A stretch of 64,000 nt of DNA, taken from the NCBI GenBank assembly GCA_965214405.1, contig OZ243956.1, positions 160,001 through 224,000 of the forward strand, written 5' to 3'. The stretch comes from Trueperaceae bacterium (GTDB lineage Bacteria > Deinococcota > Deinococci > Deinococcales > Trueperaceae). Below the pieces are notes generated by a model. That model searched no databases. It had not been told where the DNA came from and saw only the letters and a list, made by a program, of their open reading frames with translations. Every line of letters begins with the position of its first letter. Within the stretch, counting starts at the first letter, position 1. A program made the translations under genes and the position numbers. Shown piece by piece: positions 56,714-64,000 of this stretch.

Positions 56714-57285
56714 TTAGAATAGTAATTGCTCTTTAAGGTCATTTTGGACTCGACGTAGATGGCAATCCGGCTGCGCCCCTCGGCCTTGGCGCGGTACAGG
56801 GCCTCGTCGGCGGCGCGCAAAAGGTCGGGCACCGTACCCGCGTGGGTGGGACGGCTGGCGATGCCAACCGACAAGTGCAGGCGGCGCGGCACGTGTGGGG
56901 AGGGCTTGCGGCTCGAGAAGTGCGCGCGAATCTCCTCCAAGACGATGAGCGCGTTTTCGGCGGGCATGTCGGGGAGCGCCACGCCGTACTCGTCACCGCC
57001 CAGACGCCCCACCACCGCCTCGCTCGGCAGGCTGCCCGTGAGGACGCGCTCCAAACTCCGCAAGACCTCGTCGCCCGCCTTGTGACCGTAGTCGTCGTTG
57101 ACCTCCTTGAAATGGTCCAAATCAAAAAGCGCCACGCTCAGCAGGCCATCGGGCAAAGACTGTAACGTTTCTTCAAAATCGGCGCGACTCAAAAGTTTGA
57201 CTGTGGTTGGTTGTGCGGGTGCTTGTGTCACATCTATACCTCCGTGTAGTTTCAAACATATATATGCTACAGATGATGCGTATAC

Positions 57286-57624
57286 GTGGTAGGTAATATT
57301 TCACAAAGAGCCAGAGATGGATTGGTAAGTGTTAGCCTTAAGCTTATAAATCACAGGGTAAGGTCCTGGAGTCAGGTTGTTGAAAAAGAAATACGCGACA
57401 AACTGGGTGTAGAATCTGGTCGGGAGGCGCTCCAGTTTCTGATGAATGACCACGCTAAGGTTTATTTTCTTCCCCTCGAGCACAGCCGTTCGCTGGCTGG
57501 TAGCCTCTCGAGCTACGTGACAAAAAGCCTGCCGACGGCGGAGGCGTTATGTAAAGCGCGCGAGGCCGCGTGGGCCGAGCGAGTCAAAGAGAATAGCGGA
57601 AGCGCTGACACGGAAAGAGCGTGA
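57286..57624 (+). CDS. Hypothetical protein
   Basis: 112-aa ORF divergent from the GGDEF gene; no motif. Confidence 0.4.
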   Translation: MVGNISQRARDGLVSVSLKLINHRVRSWSQVVEKEIRDKLGVESGREALQFLMNDHAKVYFLPLEHSRSLAGSLSSYVTKSLPTAEALCKAREAAWAERVKENSGSADTERA

Positions 57625-57811
57625 AAGGGGTTTGTTGATATATGGGCGGTCGCGCGTTTGGCAGGCAGCAACGCAGTCTATTCTTTTGACAAACGTTTTC
57701 CGGGGGAAGGGCTCGAGCTGAGACGGTCACGCTGGTGAGTCGATGAGCTGAGAAGGTAGCACTGGTGAGATAGAAACAAGAACTTTATCGTCTCCCCAAC
57801 ACGTTTCAAAG

Positions 57812-57854
57812 GGACAAATGTCCGTTAGCGAACCCTCATAAATGACGGTATGAT
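57812..57854 (+). promoter_or_regulatory. Palindrome GGACA-AA-TGTCC plus -10 TATGAT upstream of the ccm operon
   Basis: Palindrome 57812-57823; TATGAT 57849-57854. Confidence 0.5.
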
Positions 57855-57881
57855 GCGCGTTAACGTGACTGGAAAGCACCT

Positions 57882-58595
57882 GTGACCCCAACCTTACCGC
57901 TGGCTTTTGTGGCGGGCGTGTTGTCGTTTTTGTCGCCCTGCGTGCTCCCGCTCGTGCCGTCGTATTTGGCGTATGTGGGGGGCAGCACGGCGACCGGCGG
58001 CGCGCGGCGCGCGCTCACGCTGCGTAACAGTTTGCTCTTTATCTTGGGCTTTTCGCTCGTCTTTATCGCGCTCGGCGCGTCGGCGAGCGTGCTGGGCGGG
58101 CTCTTGCGCGAGCACCGGCGCTGGCTGGTCATATTCGGCGGCGTGCTGGTCATCTTTTTTGGGCTGGTCATGTTGGGCGCGTTCAAGCTACCTCTCTTGT
58201 ACCGCGACGCGCGTTTGCGCTTCGGCGGCGACAGCAGCACGCCCGTGGGGGCGGTGCTGTTAGGGATGGCTTTTGCGGCGGGTTGGACGCCCTGCATCGG
58301 CCCGGTGTTGGGCGGCGTGTTGACGCTGGCGGGCGCGTCGGGGACGCTTGTTTATGGGGTGGTGCTGCTTTTCTGCTACGCCTTGGGTCTCGCTGTGCCC
58401 TTTTTCTTGGCGGCGCTAGCGTTGGAGCGTTTTCTGGGTTTCTCCAAATCCTTTAGGCGTCACCTCATCTGGGTCGAGCGCGCGGCGGGGGGCTTGCTCG
58501 TCGTGGCGGGCGCGCTGATGCTAACGGGCACCTACACGACGCTCAACGCCTACCTGATTCGCTTCACGCCTGACTGGTTGATATCACGGATATGA
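57882..58595 (+). CDS. ccdA: Cytochrome c biogenesis protein CcdA
   Basis: SFLSPCVLPLVP and GWTPCIGP cysteine motifs. Confidence 0.93.
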   Translation: MTPTLPLAFVAGVLSFLSPCVLPLVPSYLAYVGGSTATGGARRALTLRNSLLFILGFSLVFIALGASASVLGGLLREHRRWLVIFGGVLVIFFGLVMLGAFKLPLLYRDARLRFGGDSSTPVGAVLLGMAFAAGWTPCIGPVLGGVLTLAGASGTLVYGVVLLFCYALGLAVPFFLAALALERFLGFSKSFRRHLIWVERAAGGLLVVAGALMLTGTYTTLNAYLIRFTPDWLISRI

Positions 58596-59344
58596 ACGCT
58601 CCGCATTCGTCCACAGTTACGTCCAATATGTCTACAAAGGACGCAGAGGGTCCTGCCCTCGAGCTTTCCGGCCTCTCGCGCCGTTACGGGGCTCACTTCG
58701 TGCTGCGGGATGTGAATTTGCGCGTGTCAAGAGGCAGGGTGGTGGTGCTGCGCGGCGGCAACGGCGCGGGCAAGACGACGCTGTTGCGGGTGCTTTCGAC
58801 GCGGCTCAGGCCGAGCCGGGGCGGAGGGCGCGTGTTCGGCTTTGACTTAGCCACGCAAGGCCACGAAATCCGCAAGCGCGTCGCTTACCTCAACGTGCTG
58901 GGCGGCGCCTACGGCACGCTCACGGCGCGGGAGAATCTAGCCTTTTCCGCGACCCTGTACGGCAAAAGGTTGGGGCGGGAGGAGGTGGCGGCGCGGCTCG
59001 AGCAGGTGGGGTTGGGCAACGCGCAAGACAAGCTCGTGCGGACCTTCTCGAGCGGCATGAAAAAGCGTTTGGGCGTCGCCCGCTTGCTCCTCGCGGACGC
59101 CGACTTGTGGCTTTTGGACGAACCTTACGCGGCTCTGGATGAGAGCGGCAAAACGCTTATCGAGGATTTGGTGAGGGGGGCCAAGGCGGAGGGGCGCACG
59201 GTAGTCATGGCCTCGCACGACTTGGGGCGCAGCCGCGGGCTGGCGGACAGCGTGTTGGGGCTCGAGAACGGGCGTTTGAGCCTTTACGCGCCCAAGGATA
59301 CGTCCCAGAAACCAACGCAGACGCTCGAGGTAGCGCGTGTCTGA
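58592..59344 (+). CDS. ccmA: Heme exporter ATP-binding protein
   Basis: GGNGAGKTT, FSSGMKKRL, LLDEP; operon context. Confidence 0.88.
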   Translation: MNAPHSSTVTSNMSTKDAEGPALELSGLSRRYGAHFVLRDVNLRVSRGRVVVLRGGNGAGKTTLLRVLSTRLRPSRGGGRVFGFDLATQGHEIRKRVAYLNVLGGAYGTLTARENLAFSATLYGKRLGREEVAARLEQVGLGNAQDKLVRTFSSGMKKRLGVARLLLADADLWLLDEPYAALDESGKTLIEDLVRGAKAEGRTVVMASHDLGRSRGLADSVLGLENGRLSLYAPKDTSQKPTQTLEVARV

Positions 59345-60014
59345 CTTGACCTACGTGCTCACGGTCGCGCGAAAAGATTTGCGCCAAGAGGTCCGCAGCA
59401 AGGCGGTCACGGTCGCTACACTCTTTTTCTCGGCCATCGTGCTGGTCATTTTAGCCTTTGCGGTCGGGCCGAGTCCGGCGGCGCTTGTTAACGCCGCGCC
59501 CGGTGGCCTCTGGGTCGCGCTCGCCTTTGCGGGAGTTATCTCGGCGGCGCAGTCTTACGCGGCGGAACTCGAGGACGGCGCGTTAGAAAGCCTGCTGCTC
59601 TACCCCGTCCCGCGCGGCGCGCTCTACCTGGGTAAGCTCTTAGCCAACTGGGTTTTTATGAGCGTCTTAGGCTTGGTGATGGTGCCCCTCACCGCGCTTC
59701 TTTTTGGGGCGACGCTGCGGGAGAACCTGCTCTGGCTCCTCGCCACGGTTCTTTTGGGCACGCTCGGCTTTGCGCTCATTGCGACTTTTTACGCGGCCTT
59801 GACGGCCAATTTGCGCTCGAGGGAGAGCCTGCTGCCCGTGCTGATGTTCCCGGTGGTGGTGCCCGTGCTTTTGGCGTCGGTCCGGGCCACGGGCGAAATC
59901 GTGCGGTTGGGCGACCTCGCTATTGCCCAGGATTGGCTACAATTATTACTGGGGTTTGACCTCCTATATTTCGTCGTCTGCACGGCTATTTTCTCTTTTG
60001 TGGTCGAGGAATAG
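59337..60014 (+). CDS. ccmB: Heme exporter permease
   Basis: KDLRQE, EDGALESL, LLPVLMFPVVVP. Confidence 0.9.
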   Translation: MSDLTYVLTVARKDLRQEVRSKAVTVATLFFSAIVLVILAFAVGPSPAALVNAAPGGLWVALAFAGVISAAQSYAAELEDGALESLLLYPVPRGALYLGKLLANWVFMSVLGLVMVPLTALLFGATLRENLLWLLATVLLGTLGFALIATFYAALTANLRSRESLLPVLMFPVVVPVLLASVRATGEIVRLGDLAIAQDWLQLLLGFDLLYFVVCTAIFSFVVEE

Positions 60015-60113
60015 GGGCGTGAGTCAAATGGCGAACGGTAGAAGCACGAAGAAACGTTCTACACTTCCTTACAACCTGTTAGCGTTGCGGGTCACCGCAC
60101 GGAGGAGAGAGGT

Positions 60114-60881
60114 ATGAAGACAACAGCACGCACCTTGCGTCAAGACGACTCGCGTCATAACAAGAGGCCCCTGTGGCTCAACGTTTTTGGGCTCCTGCTC
60201 CTGGGTTTATTTGGTTACGGCGCTTATCTGGCGCTCGTCGCCTCGCCGCCCGACGTGCAGCAAGGCGACCTCATCCGCGTGATGTACCCGCACGTCGCGG
60301 TCGCCTGGATTTGCTTTGTGGCGGTGGGCATGACGGCGCTTTTTGGGACGCTTTATCTTTGGCGCGGCAGACGGATTCACGACGTGATTGCGGTGGCGAG
60401 CGCTGAGTTGGGTATCTTTTTTGGCAGCCTCACGCTGCTGGGCGGGATGACCTACAGCAAACCGACCTTAAACACCTTTTGGACCTGGGACGCCCGCTTT
60501 ACCACCACGGCGCTACTCTTCTTTTTGCTCGTGGGTTACTTCATTGTGCGCGGACTCGTCGAGGACCCCGACCGGCGCGCGCGGGTGAGCGCGGTGGTGA
60601 GCATCATCGCCTTTGCCGACGTGCCCATTATCTACTTTGCGACCGAGTGGTGGCGCACGCTGCACCCGCCGCTGTCCATTCAGTTTGACGGGGGCGGCGT
60701 GACGATGGACTCACGAATGCTCTTCGTCCTGCTCTACAACGTGGGGGTGGCGGCGCTCATTTATGTGTACCTGATGATTGAACGCGTCCGCATTGGGCGC
60801 TTGGAAGCGCGTTTGGAAGAAACTTTAGAAAAAGCTGCTGAGAAAGACACCGTGACGCGTGGGGAGGTCGTGCATGTTTAA
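60114..60881 (+). CDS. ccmC: Heme exporter protein C
   Basis: HVAVAW, WTWDAR (WWD motif), WWRTLHP. Confidence 0.92.
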   Translation: MKTTARTLRQDDSRHNKRPLWLNVFGLLLLGLFGYGAYLALVASPPDVQQGDLIRVMYPHVAVAWICFVAVGMTALFGTLYLWRGRRIHDVIAVASAELGIFFGSLTLLGGMTYSKPTLNTFWTWDARFTTTALLFFLLVGYFIVRGLVEDPDRRARVSAVVSIIAFADVPIIYFATEWWRTLHPPLSIQFDGGGVTMDSRMLFVLLYNVGVAALIYVYLMIERVRIGRLEARLEETLEKAAEKDTVTRGEVVHV

Positions 60882-61017
60882 CAATATTTCGGATTGGGGT
60901 TGGGTGGCCGCCGCCTGGGGCGAGGTCGTGTTGGCTTATGTTGGGTACCTGCTTTACTTACGCCACCGCGCAAAGCGCTTAGAAACGGAAGCGCAGGAGG
61001 CGTCATCAAACGCTTAG
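60874..61017 (+). CDS. ccmD: Putative CcmD (47 aa, not in ORF track)
   Basis: GGAGG SD; MFNNISDWGWVAAAWGEVVLAYVGYLLYLRHRAKRLETEAQEASSNA, single TM plus charged tail, between ccmC and ccmE. Confidence 0.7.
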   Translation: MFNNISDWGWVAAAWGEVVLAYVGYLLYLRHRAKRLETEAQEASSNA

Positions 61018-61433
61018 TCTATGCGCTCGCCGGGGTTCTGGTCTTAGGCGTTGCCGGGTTGATGGTCTACCGGGCGCTCTCCTCGAGCCTCGTCTACTTC
61101 GTGCTGCCGAGCGAATACGCCGCCGACCCTGCCGAGTATGCGGGCAGGCGCTTGCGGCTGGGCGGCTTTGTCGAGCCGGGGAGCGTCAACTATGACGACA
61201 AGAATTTGCAGCTCGCTTTCAAGGTGACCGACCGCTTCCAGACCTATCCGGTGCATTACAAGGGCGCGCCGCCCAACTTGTTCGCGGAGGATACGGGCGT
61301 GGTCATCGAGGGCAGCTTTGACGGCGACACCTTTCAGGGCGATAACCTGCTCATCAAGCACAGCGAGGTCTACGAGGCCCCCAAAGAGGGCGAGCCGCTG
61401 GACCTGGAGAATCTAAAAGACACGCTCCAGTAG
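61005..61433 (+). CDS. ccmE: Heme chaperone CcmE (apparent ATC start)
   Basis: LVYFVLPSE, RLGG.V, P.LF.E..GVV.EG, LIKHSEVY heme-binding motif; AGGAGG SD precedes ATC. Confidence 0.88.
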   Translation: MKRLVYALAGVLVLGVAGLMVYRALSSSLVYFVLPSEYAADPAEYAGRRLRLGGFVEPGSVNYDDKNLQLAFKVTDRFQTYPVHYKGAPPNLFAEDTGVVIEGSFDGDTFQGDNLLIKHSEVYEAPKEGEPLDLENLKDTLQ

Positions 61434-61447
61434 CGTGAGGGGCACAC

Positions 61448-63439
61448 ATGATTGATTTGAGTTTGGGACAAGTAGGCGGCGCGAGCGTCGTGCTGGCGAG
61501 CGCGTTGGCACTCTACGCCGCCGCCACGGGCGCGCTCGGCGCGTGGCGGCGCGACGCGCGGCTGCAAACCTCGGCGCGTTACGGGGCGGTGGCGGTTTTC
61601 TTGGCGATGACGACGGCGTTTATGGCGCTCGAGGTCGCGCTTCTCACCAACGACTTTAGCGTGGACTATGTGGCGCGGCACTCGAGCCTCCTGGCCCCCA
61701 CCTGGGTCAAGGCGGTGATGCTGTGGGGGGCGCTCGAGGGGTCCATCTTGCTCTGGGCCTGGCTGCTAAGCGCCTACACCGCCGTGCTGGCCTTGATCGC
61801 GCCCAATACCGTGCTGCGCCCTTGGGCGCTAACCATCATGCAGGGCGTGCAACTCTTTTTTATCGGCGTCATCGCCACCATCGCCAGCCCCTTCGGCGCG
61901 GTGCCGGGGGCGCAGTTTATCGGCCCCGGCCCCAATCCGCTGCTCCAGAACCACTGGATGATGGCGATTCACCCCGTGCTGATGTATCTGGGTTTCGTGG
62001 GCCTCACCGTGCCCTTTGCGTACGCGATAAGCGCGCTTATCACCCGCCGCCCCGGCACCGAGTGGATGAGCCAGACGCGCCGCTGGACCCTCACGGGTTG
62101 GGGCTTTCTCACCGCGGCCATCGTCGCCGGGGGCTGGTGGAGCTACGAGGTTTTGGGCTGGGGCGGCTACTGGGCTTGGGACCCGGTCGAAAACGTGTCC
62201 TTTTTGCCTTGGCTCACCGCCACCGCCTTTATTCACTCCGTGCAGGTGCAAGAGCGCCGCCGGATGCTCAAGGCGTGGAACATCTTTCTTGTCACCACGA
62301 CTTTTTCTCTCTCCATCCTGGGCACCTTTTTAACGCGCTCGGGCGTGCTCTCGTCGGTTCACGCCTTTGGCGACGGGCCGGTTGGCCCCGCGTTTTTGGT
62401 CTTTTTCATCGTGGTGATGCTCGCCTCGTTTGGGCTCGTCGCACTCCGCTGGGACGGCGTGCGCGACCACGCCGAACTCGATTCGCCCGTGAGCCGCGAG
62501 GGAAGCTTTTTGCTCGGCAACGTGTTCTTTTTGGCGATCGCGTTTGCGGTGCTTTTAGGGACGCTCTTTCCGCTTATTGTTGAGGCCATCACGCAGGCCA
62601 AGGTCACCGTCGGCGCACCTTTTTTCACGCGCATCAGCGTGCCCATCTGGATGGCGGTCTTTGCGCTCATGGGCATCGGCCCGCTTTTGCCGTGGCGACG
62701 CGCGGAGACGCAGTCGCTCGTCAAAAATTTAGCCTGGCTGACCGGGGGCGGCATCGTTACGGGACTCGTGGCTTACGTGCTGGGCGTTCACAAAATTTAC
62801 CCGCTCCTCACGGTGGCGCTGGCGGGCTTTAATATGGTGAGTTTAACGCTGCTCATCACGGGCGCGGTTCGGCCACGGGTGCGGCTCACGGGCCGGAGCA
62901 CGCTGGCGGTGCTGCGGAGTTACGCCACGGAAAACCGCAGGCGCATCGGCTCGATGGTCGTGCATTTTGGCGTGATCATCGTGGCGTTGGGAATTGCGGG
63001 GAGCGGCGGCTACCGGGTGGACGAGCTTTTGAGCGTGCCCGTCGGGGGAAGCGCCACCTTTCAGGGTTACACGCTCACCGCCACGGACAAGTTTATGAAC
63101 CGCCTCCCCGACCGCATCAGCGCGGGGGCCATTATCGAGGTATCGCATGGGGAGCGCTTACTCGCCACGTTGCGGCCCCGCATCAATCAATTCACCAACA
63201 GCCCGGAGCAACCCGTGGCGACGCCCGCCGTGCTCTACCGGCCTCAGCACGACGTTTACTTGAGCGTGGCGGGGTCCATCGGTCCTGACACGACGTCCAT
63301 TCCGCTACGGGTGGTGCAAAGCCCGCTCATCGCCTGGATTTGGTTGGGCGGGTTCATCATGGTGCTCGGCACCGCGTATTGTCTGATGCCGCAGGGTCGG
63401 CGTGAGGCGGAGCGCCGCAGGGGAACGGTGCGCGCGTGA
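61448..63439 (+). CDS. ccmF: Heme lyase CcmF
   Basis: WGALEGS, NPLLQNHWM.IHP, LGWGGYWAWDPVEN, SVHAF. Confidence 0.96.
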   Translation: MIDLSLGQVGGASVVLASALALYAAATGALGAWRRDARLQTSARYGAVAVFLAMTTAFMALEVALLTNDFSVDYVARHSSLLAPTWVKAVMLWGALEGSILLWAWLLSAYTAVLALIAPNTVLRPWALTIMQGVQLFFIGVIATIASPFGAVPGAQFIGPGPNPLLQNHWMMAIHPVLMYLGFVGLTVPFAYAISALITRRPGTEWMSQTRRWTLTGWGFLTAAIVAGGWWSYEVLGWGGYWAWDPVENVSFLPWLTATAFIHSVQVQERRRMLKAWNIFLVTTTFSLSILGTFLTRSGVLSSVHAFGDGPVGPAFLVFFIVVMLASFGLVALRWDGVRDHAELDSPVSREGSFLLGNVFFLAIAFAVLLGTLFPLIVEAITQAKVTVGAPFFTRISVPIWMAVFALMGIGPLLPWRRAETQSLVKNLAWLTGGGIVTGLVAYVLGVHKIYPLLTVALAGFNMVSLTLLITGAVRPRVRLTGRSTLAVLRSYATENRRRIGSMVVHFGVIIVALGIAGSGGYRVDELLSVPVGGSATFQGYTLTATDKFMNRLPDRISAGAIIEVSHGERLLATLRPRINQFTNSPEQPVATPAVLYRPQHDVYLSVAGSIGPDTTSIPLRVVQSPLIAWIWLGGFIMVLGTAYCLMPQGRREAERRRGTVRA

Positions 63440-63972
63440 AGCGGCTCACCATCGTCGTCGTCGTTGTGGCGGGTTTCGGGGCGCTGTTCGCCTTTGGGCT
63501 TAGAAACCCGGTTGACCGAGACATTCCTGCCAATCGCGTGGGAAAAACAATGCCCGACTTTGAGATGCCGCTGTTTGAACGTTACGCGGAAACGTACGGC
63601 CCCACGTTCAAGGTGTCTGAGAGTCTTGGGAAGCCAATGGTTATCAACTTTTGGGCTTCATGGTGTCCCCCCTGTCAAGACGAAGCACCCGTTTTAGAAG
63701 CGGCTTGGCAGGAGTACAGAAACGAAGTGCTTTTTGTCGGCGTGAATACTCAAGAAAGTGGTAAAGAGGCCAACGCCAGAGCTTTTATAGAAAGCCACGG
63801 CCTCACCTTCCCCAACGGTAAAGACGAAAGCTCGCGCATCGGCATCGACTACGGACTTTTCGGCTTGCCCGAAACCTTCTTTATCCGCGCGGACGGCACA
63901 CTTCTCGATAAACACTCGGGACCCGTCTCGCAGGCGTTGTTGGACGAGCGAATAGGAGCACTGTTAAGGTGA
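63436..63972 (+). CDS. ccmG: Thiol-disulfide oxidoreductase (CcmG/TlpA family)
   Basis: NFWASWCPPC, GLPETFFI; N-terminal anchor. Confidence 0.85.
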   Translation: MKRLTIVVVVVAGFGALFAFGLRNPVDRDIPANRVGKTMPDFEMPLFERYAETYGPTFKVSESLGKPMVINFWASWCPPCQDEAPVLEAAWQEYRNEVLFVGVNTQESGKEANARAFIESHGLTFPNGKDESSRIGIDYGLFGLPETFFIRADGTLLDKHSGPVSQALLDERIGALLR

Positions 63973-64000
63973 TGACGGTTGGAAAATCCCCCCTAGCCCC

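Larger units (their letters stand above)
55312..57231 (-). pseudogene. GGDEF-ribbon-helix-helix protein interrupted by an IS
   Basis: DLDHFK.VND.YGH, RLGGDEY, ADEALY; removing the IS restores ...SNYYS|KASLEKLSKLSAALNRTEASLLREALDDLF...*. Confidence 0.88.

Noticed and set aside
1..64000. tRNA, rRNA, CRISPR array or prophage
   Set aside because: No cloverleaf, rRNA signature, repeat-spacer array or phage structural/integrase gene was recognised by eye.

Overview
GC-rich chromosomal window that looks like Deinococcota, probably Truepera-like (inferred from leaderless TAnnnT-N6/7-ATG promoters, a Deinococcus-type response regulator and System I ccm genes). Housekeeping genes are zwf (partial), htrA, rlmB, metG, luxS, carA, a cold-shock gene, mce, proC, tgt, galK and ccdA-ccmABCDEFG. 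Accessory units: (1) a sugar ABC importer with DhaK/DhaL, a dehydrogenase, MtnA and an MtnK-SDR fusion; (2) a kinase-free CheB-CheB-CheR-coiled-coil-PAS/LuxR cluster; (3) a GntR-regulated amino-sugar operon with GH4, a DUF3445 N-demethylase-like gene, NagB and a BadF-type kinase; (4) two toxin-antitoxin-like pairs, each preceded by a copy of an imperfect direct repeat; (5) a 1283-bp IS with a 7-bp target duplication splitting a GGDEF-RHH gene. The most notable unannotated signal is a leaderless Met-Met leader peptide with terminator/antiterminator hairpins upstream of metG. Similar leaderless micro-ORFs precede proC, tgt and carA. CTCGAG is strongly over-represented and three families of intergenic palindromic repeats occur. 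All calls come from reading the sequence by eye; no database searches were run.
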